A stretch of DNA of 64,000 nt from Acidimicrobiia bacterium (GTDB taxonomy: Bacteria > Actinomycetota > Acidimicrobiia > Spongiisociales > ZC4RG35), in assembly GCA_044867525.1 (NCBI GenBank), contig JBIOVB010000009.1, forward strand, positions 599-64,598, given 5' to 3'. A program made the translations under genes and the position numbers. Numbering within the stretch: position 1 is the stretch's first letter; each line of letters opens with the position of its first letter. The notes beneath the pieces are model-generated. The model did no database searches. It worked only from the letters and a program-made list of their open reading frames with translations, and was not told the origin of the DNA. This document shows positions 29,880 through 39,202 of this stretch, one piece after another.

Positions 29880-30842
29880 TCAGCCCTCCGAGTACTCGTA
29901 GTGGACCCAGTACTTCGCCGACCAGAAAAGGGCACCGGTGACCAGCACCGCCACGAAGAACAACCCCCAGGCCAGGGTTGCCGCGTACCCCATGTCGAAG
30001 AATTGGAACCCGACCCTGAAGAAGTAGAGGGCATAGAAGTTGGTCGCCCCTCCTGGGGCCCCGCTCCCGTTGTTGAGCACGAAGGGCACCAGGAAATAGT
30101 TGAACAGGCCGATCAGGGCGATGACCAGGTTGTAGAAGATGATCGGGGTGATGAAGGGGAGGGTGATGTGGAGGAATGACCTCCACTCCGAGGCGCCGTC
30201 GATCTTGGCCGCGTCGTAGAGGCTGGCCGGCACCCCATTCATGGCGGCGATGAAGATGATCATGGCGTTGCCTACACCCCAGAGCCCGATGAAGACCAGG
30301 GAGGGATAGACCCAGGTCGGGTCGAGCAGCCAGTCGTTGCCCGGTATCCCGAAGAAAGCGAGGATCTTGTTGGCCCATCCCTTCTGCGGGTTGAGGATCC
30401 CGCCGAAGATCAGGACCGCGGCGACGAAGGGGATGATCGAGGGCAGGAAGAAGAGCGAGCGGAATCCCCCCCGCCAGCGGGTGCCCTTGGCCACCAGGAG
30501 ATAGGCGATGAAGGTGGGGAAGAGGATCGCGACCGGGAGTGCCAGTGCCGCGAACTTGACGGTGACCAGCGCCGAGTTCCTCACCTGAGGATCGGTGAAC
30601 AGCTTTTCCCAGTTGTCGAGGCCGATGAACTTCGCCGGCTCGGTGCTCACCAGGTTGAAGTCGGTGAACGAGTACCAAAGCGACAGGACCATCGGGATCA
30701 GGTACCACAGAAGGAATCCGATGATCCATGGCGCCACGAACAGGAGCCCGGCACGCCCTCGCTTGCGGGCAACCGCGCCCTTCTTGGGTCGGGATGGGGC
30801 GACCGGAATCCCGGCCGCCCCATCTTGGGTGGTTACTGCCAA
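29880..30842 (-). CDS. Carbohydrate ABC transporter permease (CebF/MalF-like)
   Basis: 320 aa with six hydrophobic segments and the EAA loop 'SLYDAAKIDGASEWRSFLHITLP'. Confidence 0.9.
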   Translation of the reverse strand: MAVTTQDGAAGIPVAPSRPKKGAVARKRGRAGLLFVAPWIIGFLLWYLIPMVLSLWYSFTDFNLVSTEPAKFIGLDNWEKLFTDPQVRNSALVTVKFAALALPVAILFPTFIAYLLVAKGTRWRGGFRSLFFLPSIIPFVAAVLIFGGILNPQKGWANKILAFFGIPGNDWLLDPTWVYPSLVFIGLWGVGNAMIIFIAAMNGVPASLYDAAKIDGASEWRSFLHITLPFITPIIFYNLVIALIGLFNYFLVPFVLNNGSGAPGGATNFYALYFFRVGFQFFDMGYAATLAWGLFFVAVLVTGALFWSAKYWVHYEYSEG

Positions 30843-30851
30843 GGTCGAGGC

Positions 30852-32315
30852 CTACTGACTGTTCTCTTGGAAGATGGCAGTCAGGTCCGTTTCGAGTGTC
30901 GCGATCGCGCCGGCGAGATCCAGAGCAGGATCGGTGAGGATCGCGCTCTTAAGCACGTCCATCCGCTCCTTGTACTGGCTCCACCCGGGCACGATCGTCT
31001 CGTGACTCGGGTTGTCGGCGAAGCTGGCGCTGTCCAAAGCCACCTGCCAGTTGACGCCCTGGGGATACCGCTCCTCCAAAGAGGCGAAGAAGTCCTCGGT
31101 CAGGGCAGGATTGGCCGGCGCCGCACCGTATGCCGTGAGCAGCGGAAGCGCGGCGTCGGTGAGCAGATAGCTCAGCACCGCGAACGCCTGATCCGGGTTC
31201 TCCGTAGACGCCAGGATCCGGAAGGTGTCGGCGTGCATGTTGGTGGTCACCACCCCACCATTGTTCGGCATCACCGCGATGTCCCAGAAGTCACCAACGA
31301 TGTTGTTGGCGTCGTCCCTGATGCAGCAGGTGTACCAGAGATGGCTGGCCGCGATGGCCACGCTGCCCGACTGGAAGGCGTTGCCTCCGAGGGCGTCGAT
31401 CTCTGCCTGGGTCGGCGAGGCGCCAACTCCCTGCACCTGGTCGAAGTACCAGCTCCACTCGTCCTCCCACTGCTGGGGAATGTCGGCGGAACCGTCATCG
31501 GTCACCGGGTATCCGGCTCCCCAGAACGACCCCTGCTGGTAGAGGGCATCGGTCCATTGCCAGATGAAGCCCCACTGGGTGGTGTTGTCGGTATCGAAGT
31601 CGGCACTCGTGGCATCGTTGCCGTTGGCGTCGACCGCCAGGATCGCCGAGATCTCGGCCACCTTGTCGAAGTCCCAAGGGCCCTCGTACTCGGTGCCTTC
31701 TCCGTAGACCGCGGCGCCGTCCGCGCCGTACTCCTGGGGTGGGTAGGGCAGTCCGGCCTCGTCGAACAGCGCCTTGTTGAAGTAGACGAACGATGGGAAC
31801 GAGGCGAAGGGGAGACCGGGAAGGGTCCCATCCGGTTCGCGGAAGTTCTCGATCGTCTCTGCCGGCCAGATCGACGTGTCGAATCCGGTCGACTCAACGA
31901 GGGGCTCGAGGTCCAGATATTGGCCGGCGAAGGCATTGGAGCCGTCACGGCCTACCGGGCCGATGAGGTCGGGTGGGTTGTCCGACGCCATCTGGGTGGC
32001 CAGGGTCTCATACGCGACGTCGTTGTCAACGGTCTCCAGGACGAGAAGGATCTCGCTCTGAGCGGCGTTGAACTCATCGACGACCGCCTGCTGGGCCTCG
32101 ATCTGCTCGGGTTGGGCGCCGGCACCAAGTCCGACGAACCACCTAATCTCAACTGCCTCACCGGCGGGCGCTGTAGAGCTCGCCTGTGGGGCTGTGGTGC
32201 TTGCGGCACCACCATCGCCTGCGGTGGTGGTTGGCTCTTCTGTACCCCCATCGCCGCATGCGGCGATGATCAGAAACAGAGCCACCACCAGGGCGATGCT
32301 CTTCCATCGTTTCAT
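30852..32315 (-). CDS. Carbohydrate ABC transporter substrate-binding lipoprotein (CebE-like)
   Basis: The lipobox is 'LFLIIAAC'. A Thr/Ala-rich linker is followed by a family-1 SBP body. The ATG overlaps the LacI-family stop (ATGA at 32312-32315). Confidence 0.88.
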   Translation of the reverse strand: MKRWKSIALVVALFLIIAACGDGGTEEPTTTAGDGGAASTTAPQASSTAPAGEAVEIRWFVGLGAGAQPEQIEAQQAVVDEFNAAQSEILLVLETVDNDVAYETLATQMASDNPPDLIGPVGRDGSNAFAGQYLDLEPLVESTGFDTSIWPAETIENFREPDGTLPGLPFASFPSFVYFNKALFDEAGLPYPPQEYGADGAAVYGEGTEYEGPWDFDKVAEISAILAVDANGNDATSADFDTDNTTQWGFIWQWTDALYQQGSFWGAGYPVTDDGSADIPQQWEDEWSWYFDQVQGVGASPTQAEIDALGGNAFQSGSVAIAASHLWYTCCIRDDANNIVGDFWDIAVMPNNGGVVTTNMHADTFRILASTENPDQAFAVLSYLLTDAALPLLTAYGAAPANPALTEDFFASLEERYPQGVNWQVALDSASFADNPSHETIVPGWSQYKERMDVLKSAILTDPALDLAGAIATLETDLTAIFQENSQ

Positions 32316-33418
32316 TGCTCTCCGTTCTCCTCCGTGCCCCCGGCTTTTCCACCGACCACTCGGCCGGCGCGGCCCGCCCCGGGGTTGGGCGCGGCCAATC
32401 CGCTTCCGGTCACCCCCGTCAGGCCTCCCACCGTCGACTGTCTGATCACCAACTCGGTTGGCAATAGGACGCGACGGGGTCCACCCTCGGGGTTTTCCAG
32501 AAGACTCAAGAGGGCGCGCGCAGATTCGCTGCCCTGGGCATGCACTCCCTGCCGGATCGTGGTCAGGGGAGGGCTGAGCTCAGACGCCACCGGGAGATCG
32601 TCGAACCCGGCAAGCGCCACGTCCTCGGGCACCTTGAGACCGGTCCTCGAGATCGACTCCATGGCACCGCTCGCGGTTGCGTCGTTGGCGCAGAAGATGG
32701 CGTCCACCCCGAGGTCGACTAGTTCGGCCGCTGCCTGCGCGCCCACGGGTTGGGTGAAGTCGCCCTCCACGACGAGGTCATCGCCATCGAGGCCGGCGCG
32801 TGCCATGGCGCGTTGATATCCGGTCAGGCGATCCTCACCGGCGACGCTTCCCCGGCGCCCGGTGATATGGCCGACACGCGACCGACCGATATCGATGAGG
32901 TGAGTTGTGATGGTGTCCGCCGCGCCGACGTTGTCTATGTCGACGTAGCTGGCGGCGAGGTCCGAGCGGCGATGGCCGATGAGGACAGTGGGCAGGTCAG
33001 AAGCAAGCAGGCCATCCACCAGAGGGTCGTCGAGGTTGTCTGCGGACACGATGACACCATCCATGAGGCCGGTTCCCAGGATCCGATTGAGGGTCTCCTC
33101 CTTGCTCCTGTTGCCCAGCCACAGCATCATCCCGCTCGCCCGATCGGCGAGCACGTCGCTCACCCCGTGGAGAAGGGCCACGAAATACGAGTCTTCGAAG
33201 AGGACGGGGGGGTCGACATGCATGACCACACCCACCACCCCGGTTCGCCCCGACGCCAGGGAACGTGCCGCGAGATTGGGCCGATAGTTGGTGCCCTCGA
33301 TGACCTCGAGCACCCGGCGCCTGGTCTCCGCAGAGACCGGGCCCCCGTTGATGACCCGGGAGACGGTGGCACGGGAAACACCGCTGAGTTCGGCCAAGTC
33401 GTCGAGCGTGCGCGCCAT
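32312..33418 (-). CDS. LacI-family transcriptional regulator (CebR-like)
   Basis: The start is ATG 33418 ('MARTLDDLAELSGVSRATVSRVINGG' HTH). A periplasmic-binding-fold effector domain follows, then a Gly/Ala-rich C-terminal tail of about 35 aa. Confidence 0.88.
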   Translation of the reverse strand: MARTLDDLAELSGVSRATVSRVINGGPVSAETRRRVLEVIEGTNYRPNLAARSLASGRTGVVGVVMHVDPPVLFEDSYFVALLHGVSDVLADRASGMMLWLGNRSKEETLNRILGTGLMDGVIVSADNLDDPLVDGLLASDLPTVLIGHRRSDLAASYVDIDNVGAADTITTHLIDIGRSRVGHITGRRGSVAGEDRLTGYQRAMARAGLDGDDLVVEGDFTQPVGAQAAAELVDLGVDAIFCANDATASGAMESISRTGLKVPEDVALAGFDDLPVASELSPPLTTIRQGVHAQGSESARALLSLLENPEGGPRRVLLPTELVIRQSTVGGLTGVTGSGLAAPNPGAGRAGRVVGGKAGGTEENGEQ

Positions 33419-33435
33419 CCGCCGGGCTCCTCCTC

Positions 33436-33449
33436 CTGAGAGCGCTTTC
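33436..33449. promoter_or_regulatory. LacI/CebR-type operator candidate (TGAGAGCGCTTTCA)
   Basis: This 14-bp near-palindrome is centred on GCGC, with 12/14 positions symmetric. It lies 18 nt upstream of the lacI-family ATG. It resembles the actinobacterial CebR box TGGGAGCGCTCCCA. Confidence 0.5.
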
Positions 33450-33510
33450 AAACATACAGGCGATTATCAGACGCTGTCAATCAAATCAGGATGGGATTTC
33501 CGCGATTTCT

Positions 33511-33524
33511 TGGGAAGCGCTTTC
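33511..33524. promoter_or_regulatory. Second LacI/CebR-type operator candidate (GGGAAGCGCTTTCA)
   Basis: It shares the core AGCGCTTTCA with the first site and has 10/14 symmetric positions. It lies about 93 nt upstream of the lacI-family ATG. Confidence 0.4.
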
Positions 33525-33563
33525 AAGACAGCCTCTTTTGCCCAATCGAGCTAGGGATGACTG

Positions 33564-34802
33564 TCAGCCCTCGAGGTAGCTCTGATAGAGCCTTCGGGCG
33601 TGTTCCCAGGGTTCGGCGTAGTACTCCTCGACCGTGATGTCGAGGGACAAGGCCCTCGCCGGGGGCCGGATCGTGGGTCGGGTGGCGGAAAACCGTCGCA
33701 CAACATCGGCATGCGGCTTGAGCGAGCCATCGGGTCGGACCAGCCCGAAATGCCGCTCATGGATCGCCCCACCAGGATCACAAGGAGGGCGGTCCCAGAG
33801 GTCCTCGGCGTAGTCGGCGAAGCACCAGAGGAAAGCGCCGGTTGCCCCAACCTCGACCAACCGGGGCAAGACCTCCCCCACATATCGGGCGAGCTCCTCC
33901 TCCCCGGCCATGAACTGAGTACGCGCCCGCCCATAGGAGACCCATTCCCAAACCACCGATTCACTATTGAGCGGAGCGGTGCACCCGCCCCACTCCTCGG
34001 CGAGGCATGGCTTGCCGCTGAGCGCGGTGACCAGGGCGCAGAGATAGGGGACGAAGTCGGGGTCGAGAGCGTGTCGTGCCCAGTCGACGTACATGGGGTA
34101 GCCATGCATCACCGCGACATCGCTCTCGGCGAAGACCTCATCGACCCGCAGCCCGTTGTCCTCGAACAGGCTCGCGGTGTGGAGCCCGGTGGTCACAGGG
34201 TGCGAAGGGTCGAGCTCGTGGATCGTGGCAGTCATCTCCGCCACCCAGGCCCGTCCCGCGGCCGGTGAGCGGGGGTGGGCGAAGAGGTCGGGCTCATTCC
34301 CCAGGTTCCACATCCAGATCGCCTCGTGGTCGCGATAGGCAGACACCACAGTCTCCACCAAGAGCCGCTCCGCCCTGAGGGCTTCGGGATCGTGGAACAT
34401 GTTCCGATACGCGGTGTCGACCACCCGTCCCCCACTCACCACCTGACGCACGTGGGGCGAGGGATGGGTCGCCGCTTCCGGGTCGAGGAGCCACCCCGGC
34501 GACCAGTTGGGCCCGCTCATGTGGCCGGTGAAGAAGGTGACGTCGAGGCCGAGCCCGCGCTCCGCAGCCAGATCGCACACAGCGCCGAAATCCGCCATCC
34601 GCTCGGTGGACACCCGAGCCGGCGTCGGCTGCCAGTCGTCCCAGAGCAGGAACAGGCGGACCACACTCATCCCCATCGCGGCGATGACGTCGAACTCCTC
34701 GGCCACCTCTCCACGATCGAAGTCGCCCCACCAATACATTGCCTTGCGCCGGGGCCAGTAATTGACACCCAGCGGGAACGGTTTGCCCGTTTGGTCATCC
34801 AT
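33564..34802 (-). CDS. Clan GH-A (GH5/cellulase-like) glycoside hydrolase, no signal peptide
   Basis: The start is ATG 34802 (8-nt overlap with the upstream gene). TIM-barrel motifs 'GVNYWP', 'VVRLFLLWDDW' and the acid/base 'WNLGNEP' are present. Confidence 0.7.
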   Translation of the reverse strand: MDDQTGKPFPLGVNYWPRRKAMYWWGDFDRGEVAEEFDVIAAMGMSVVRLFLLWDDWQPTPARVSTERMADFGAVCDLAAERGLGLDVTFFTGHMSGPNWSPGWLLDPEAATHPSPHVRQVVSGGRVVDTAYRNMFHDPEALRAERLLVETVVSAYRDHEAIWMWNLGNEPDLFAHPRSPAAGRAWVAEMTATIHELDPSHPVTTGLHTASLFEDNGLRVDEVFAESDVAVMHGYPMYVDWARHALDPDFVPYLCALVTALSGKPCLAEEWGGCTAPLNSESVVWEWVSYGRARTQFMAGEEELARYVGEVLPRLVEVGATGAFLWCFADYAEDLWDRPPCDPGGAIHERHFGLVRPDGSLKPHADVVRRFSATRPTIRPPARALSLDITVEEYYAEPWEHARRLYQSYLEG

Positions 34803-35328
34803 TGGGACTCCCTCCGACGAGTTGATCGGTGAGAACGGCGACGGCATGGGCGACCTCGAGACTGGTCGTGTCGAGAATCATGTCGGCGCAGGCCTCGTAG
34901 AGACCGGCCCTGCTCTCCAAGCGTGCGGCCTCCTCCTTCCCTATTTGGCGCCGGTGCGAGGAAGCCGGCAAACGCTCACCAACGACCGACTCGTCGGCCT
35001 TGAGCCAGATGCATCGGACGAGGTCGAGAGTCGCTCGCACATCGACGTCTTCGATGACGCTGGCCGCCGCCGCCACGACATGGGGTCGCTCCAAGGACAG
35101 CGCCTCCCAGAACACCTCGAGCTCCAGCTCATGGAGCGCGGCGACCCCTGAATCTGCAGCGATCGCGGCACCATCGCGCCCGGTCCGCTCCACGATCTGC
35201 CTGTCGGAATCGGTGAACGGCAGCCCGAGCTCACGGGCGAGCCCTTCCCCGATGCTCGTCTTGCCGGACGCCATGGCACCCACGATCACGATGTGATCGG
35301 CAGCGGCGGCACGGGTGTCAGCGGTCAC
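34795..35328 (-). CDS. AroK-family P-loop kinase (shikimate kinase-like)
   Basis: Walker A 'GAMASGKTS' is followed by 'FTDSDRQIVERTG', which matches the shikimate-kinase pattern. The usual GGG lid is replaced by 'AAAASV'. Confidence 0.6.
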   Translation of the reverse strand: MTADTRAAAADHIVIVGAMASGKTSIGEGLARELGLPFTDSDRQIVERTGRDGAAIAADSGVAALHELELEVFWEALSLERPHVVAAAASVIEDVDVRATLDLVRCIWLKADESVVGERLPASSHRRQIGKEEAARLESRAGLYEACADMILDTTSLEVAHAVAVLTDQLVGGSPNG

Positions 35329-35395
35329 ACGCCGACCTTATCGGGCAGCGACGTCCCGGCCTCCTACCATCTCGCACCCTGGCAAGGGAGGGCAC

Positions 35396-37141
35396 ATGGG
35401 CCGATCGATGGGAACCTCGACCACGGGGGTCGTGGCCCTGCTCCTCACCGTTGCCTGTACCTCCCTGCCCACGACCAACTCCGCCGCCCCGAATTTGTCA
35501 TCATCAACATCCTCCGTCAACGGACCTCAGGTCACATCGGCCGAGATCTCAGCGGAGGCCGTTGGCAACTACGAGACGATCGAGATCGTTGTCGGCCTCG
35601 ATGCCGAGTATTCCAACCCGTTCGATCATCGCCAGGTGGCGCTCGACGCAACGTTCACTGCCCCGGATGGATCGGCGTTCGAGGTCCCCGGGTTCTGGGA
35701 TGGTGACGAGAGTTGGAGAGTCAGATTCGCGCCGTCTCAGGTTGGCGACTGGGAATTCGAGATCGAGGTTTCCGACAGTACCGGATCCAGCCGGCCATCC
35801 TTGGGCTCGTTTTCCGTGAATCAGTCCCCGCGCCATGGGTGGCTCCGGATCGGCAGCGAGGTCGACCCCTCATACAGCCCCCGCTACCTGGCATGGAGCG
35901 ATGGGACCCCGTGGTATGGACGGGGCCATGCCGACCTGGACATGGCCCTTGGCGGTCCCGACCCCGGTGGTGGTGGGCTCCTCGCCTTCGAAGAGATGCC
36001 CGAATCCGGCGAGAACATGGTGATGTGGTGGCCCTCGTGGGGCAACAACTTCGCGGCACAGGACTACGACCAGTACGCCTCAGCCCAGATGTCGATCATC
36101 GACTTCGTCCTGCGCGACGCCGAGGAGCATGGAGCAACTGTGGTGTTCACCATCTGGACCCACCAGTACCTGCGCACCAATGCACATCCTTGGGGCGATG
36201 CCCTGTGGCAGCAGAACGGATTCAGCCAGCTCACGGATGTGGCCGGGTTCTTCACCGACCCCGAGTCGCTGGCCTGGCAGGAGAACTACTACCGCTACAT
36301 CATCGCCCGCTGGGCTCACTCCCCCGCGATCGCAATGTGGCAGACCATCACCGAGATCGACGGGACCGAGGCCTACGACCGGACCGACCCCTGGCACGAG
36401 TTCGTCAACTCCTATTTCGTGGAGCACGACCCCTATCGCCACCCGACGACGGCCACCATGTCGGGGGCGGTGGACTGGCCTCGGGGTCACGAGGCCATGG
36501 ATGTGGCCCAGGTGCACCTCTATGACTTCCTGGAACACCCGCCCCTCCAGACCGCAGAGCGGTTCGCCTCCTGGACCCGGCTGATGTGGGATCGAGTCGA
36601 GAAGCCGAACTGGGTCGGCGAGTACGGCTGGCGCGGCCAGCAGTGGTACCCGGAGTTGATGCATCACTCCAATTGGGCGTCGCTGGCCGCAGGTTCGGCG
36701 ATGACCCCCATCGAATGGAACGACGATTCGGCTTACGGGCAATTCGATGAGGCGATGAAGGAGGACATGTTGCGGTTCGCCACCTTCGTCGAGGAGACTC
36801 CGCTGGTCATCTGGGACCCGTCGCCGGTGACGATCTCATTCAGCGATCCGAACGTCCGGGGATGGGGCGTGGCCGGCGAGGAGGGTGGGGTGATCTGGGC
36901 CCAGGACTTTGCCCTCGAGGAGGCCGCAATGGAGGAGATCCGGGCCGACCAAACCATGCGTTCCGGAGTCATCGCCACGGTTGACGGCTTGGCTACCGGA
37001 TCGTGGGAGGTCTACCCCTACGACACCTGGGCCGGGATCTGGCTGGAGCCAGTGACCATCGAGTGCGCCGCCGGGGAAGCGTGCGGCCTCCCGCTTCCGG
37101 ATTTCGAGAGGGATCTGGCCTTGCGTCTGGAGCGGGGGTGA
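35396..37141 (+). CDS. Secreted lipoprotein: DUF5060-type Ig-like domain plus clan GH-A-like TIM barrel
   Basis: The start is ATG 35396 with a strong AAGGGAGG RBS. The lipobox is 'LLLTVAC'. An N-terminal beta-sandwich ('FEVPGFWDGDESWRVRF') is followed by a barrel with 'NWVGEYGW'. Confidence 0.7.
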   Translation: MGRSMGTSTTGVVALLLTVACTSLPTTNSAAPNLSSSTSSVNGPQVTSAEISAEAVGNYETIEIVVGLDAEYSNPFDHRQVALDATFTAPDGSAFEVPGFWDGDESWRVRFAPSQVGDWEFEIEVSDSTGSSRPSLGSFSVNQSPRHGWLRIGSEVDPSYSPRYLAWSDGTPWYGRGHADLDMALGGPDPGGGGLLAFEEMPESGENMVMWWPSWGNNFAAQDYDQYASAQMSIIDFVLRDAEEHGATVVFTIWTHQYLRTNAHPWGDALWQQNGFSQLTDVAGFFTDPESLAWQENYYRYIIARWAHSPAIAMWQTITEIDGTEAYDRTDPWHEFVNSYFVEHDPYRHPTTATMSGAVDWPRGHEAMDVAQVHLYDFLEHPPLQTAERFASWTRLMWDRVEKPNWVGEYGWRGQQWYPELMHHSNWASLAAGSAMTPIEWNDDSAYGQFDEAMKEDMLRFATFVEETPLVIWDPSPVTISFSDPNVRGWGVAGEEGGVIWAQDFALEEAAMEEIRADQTMRSGVIATVDGLATGSWEVYPYDTWAGIWLEPVTIECAAGEACGLPLPDFERDLALRLERG

Positions 37142-37144
37142 TTA

Positions 37145-38176
37145 TCAGCTCTCGCTGGACTCAGCCCAGAGATTGAGCTCACCTTCCACCGCAAAGCGGT
37201 CGATCTCCGCCAGCTCTCCGTCGTCGAACCCGGGATGGTCGAAGGCCCCGAGCAGATCGGCGATCTGGGCCCAGTTGCGAGCCCCCACCAACGCCGAGGT
37301 GACTGTGGGTCGGCGAAGCACCCAGGCCACCGCCATCTGCGCCAGGGTCTGCCCCCTGCGGCCTGCGATCTCGTTCAGGCCGCGGACCCGGGCCAGGTTT
37401 TCCTCAGCGAGCATTCCCCGGTCGAAAGAGTCGCCGGTGATCGCCCGCGAGTCCGCCGGCACCCCGGAGAGATACTTGTCACTGAGCAGCCCCTGAGCAA
37501 GAGGGGAGAACACGATGCATCCGACGCCTTCCTCGTCGAGCACATCGAGCAGGCCGTCCTCCACCCAACGGTTGAGCATGGAGTAGGAGGGCTGATGGAT
37601 GACACAGGGCGTTCCCATTCCACGGAGGATGGCGACGGCCTCCCTGGTGGCATCGGGCCCGTAGGACGAGATCCCCGCATACAGCGCCTTGCCCGAGCGA
37701 ACCGCGTGGTCGAGAGCGCCCATCGTCTCCTCGAGTGGCGTCGAGGGATCGTGGCGGTGGGAGTAGAAGATGTCGACGTAGTCGAGCCCCATACGACGCA
37801 GGCTCTGATCGAGGGACGCAATGAGGTACTTGCGCGATCCCCACTCCCCATAGGGACCGTCCCACATCCAATAGCCGGCCTTGGTGGAAATGATCAGCTC
37901 GTCCCGGTGGGGACCGAGGTCAGAGGCGAGGACCGCGCCGAAATTTCGCTCCGCCGAGCCCGGTGGCGGCCCATAGTTGTTGGCCAGGTCGAAATGGGTG
38001 ATTCCCTGGTCGAAGGAGCGGAGCAGCATGTTCCGCATCTCGTCGCTCACTCCGCCACCACCGAAGTTGTGCCACAGGCCGAGTGAGATCCGGGGAAGCA
38101 AGAGGCCGCTACTCCCGGAGCGGGCGTAGGGGATTCGTGAGTATCGATCAGACGCGGGTTGGTACGACACAGTCAA
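37145..38176 (-). CDS. Aldo/keto reductase (YghZ / Kv-beta-like)
   Basis: 'YQPASDRYSRIPYARSGSSGLLLPRISLGLWHNFG' matches the YghZ-type N-terminus. TTG start at 38176. Confidence 0.9.
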   Translation of the reverse strand: MTVSYQPASDRYSRIPYARSGSSGLLLPRISLGLWHNFGGGGVSDEMRNMLLRSFDQGITHFDLANNYGPPPGSAERNFGAVLASDLGPHRDELIISTKAGYWMWDGPYGEWGSRKYLIASLDQSLRRMGLDYVDIFYSHRHDPSTPLEETMGALDHAVRSGKALYAGISSYGPDATREAVAILRGMGTPCVIHQPSYSMLNRWVEDGLLDVLDEEGVGCIVFSPLAQGLLSDKYLSGVPADSRAITGDSFDRGMLAEENLARVRGLNEIAGRRGQTLAQMAVAWVLRRPTVTSALVGARNWAQIADLLGAFDHPGFDDGELAEIDRFAVEGELNLWAESSES

Positions 38177-38227
38177 TTGTGATTGCCGCCCGGCCGGGGG
38201 CTGCTTCCTCGTGACGAGCTCCCCATT

Positions 38228-39202
38228 TCAATCCAGACTCTTCTTGATCGTCGCGTGGATGCGATCCACCGACGGGATGGCGAGGTCCTCGAGGTTCTCC
38301 GCGGCGGGGAGCGGGATGTGGGGCGTGGTGATCCTCACCACCGGCCCGTCGAGATCCCAGAAGGCCTCGTCGGCGACGATCGACGCCACCTCGGCGCCCC
38401 AGCCGCACAGCCTTGGGTTCTCCTCGACCGTGTAGAGCCGACCGGTCTTGGCCACCGACGCGAGCACGGTCCGCGTGTCCAAGGGCACCAAGGTCCGGAG
38501 GTCGATCACCTCCGCTGAGATCCCCTCCTCGCCCAAGCGCTCTGCGGCATTCACGGCCCGGGGGACCATGAATGCCAGCGCGACGATGGTGCAGTCGGTT
38601 CCCTCACGGACCACCTTCGCCTCCCCGAGCCGGGCCACGATCTCGTTGTCGGGCACCTCGGCCTTGGCGGCGAGTAGCGACTTGTGCTCGAAGAACACCA
38701 CCGGGTCCGGGTCGCGCACCGAGGCCGCCATGAGACCGATGACATCTTCCGGCGTGGAGGGGGCCACGACTTTGAGACCCGGGATCATCATGCACCAGTT
38801 CTCAACGCTTTGGCTGTGCTGAGCGCCGAAGCGCACCCCTCCCCCGTTGGCGGTCCGGATCACCACCGGGATCGTGAGTTGGCCGCCGGTCATGTATCGG
38901 CTCTTCGCCATCTCGTTGGCGAGCATGTCGAAGCACACCGCGAGGAAGTCCGAGAACATGATCTCGGCGATCACCGGAGTCCCGGTCATCGCAGCGCCCA
39001 TCGCCGCCCCCACGATCGCCTGCTCCGAGATCGGGGTGTCACGAATCCGGTCCGGTCCGAACTCCTCGAGCAGCCCCACTGTGGTCTTGAACACCCCGCC
39101 CGCACTGGCGATGTCCTCCCCAAGCATCACCAATGATGGGTCACGTCTCATCTCCTGGGCGATGCCCCTGGCAACCGCCTCCCGATAGCTCAGTTCCGCC
39201 AC
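38228..39202 (-). CDS. 2-oxoacid dehydrogenase E1 component, beta subunit (transketolase-like)
   Basis: 324 aa. 'LSYREAVARGIAQEMRRDPSVMLGEDI...DTPISEQAIVGAAMGAAMTG' matches PdhB/AcoB/BkdB. Confidence 0.9.
   Translation of the reverse strand: MAELSYREAVARGIAQEMRRDPSLVMLGEDIASAGGVFKTTVGLLEEFGPDRIRDTPISEQAIVGAAMGAAMTGTPVIAEIMFSDFLAVCFDMLANEMAKSRYMTGGQLTIPVVIRTANGGGVRFGAQHSQSVENWCMMIPGLKVVAPSTPEDVIGLMAASVRDPDPVVFFEHKSLLAAKAEVPDNEIVARLGEAKVVREGTDCTIVALAFMVPRAVNAAERLGEEGISAEVIDLRTLVPLDTRTVLASVAKTGRLYTVEENPRLCGWGAEVASIVADEAFWDLDGPVVRITTPHIPLPAAENLEDLAIPSVDRIHATIKKSLD

Noticed and set aside
30825-32816. A 663-aa plus-strand ORF antisense to the cellobiose-type SBP and the LacI gene.
   Set aside because: Its product is Arg/Gly/Pro/Val-rich low-complexity sequence with no recognisable motif. 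Long shadow ORFs opposite real genes are expected at this GC content, and the minus-strand genes have clear family signatures.
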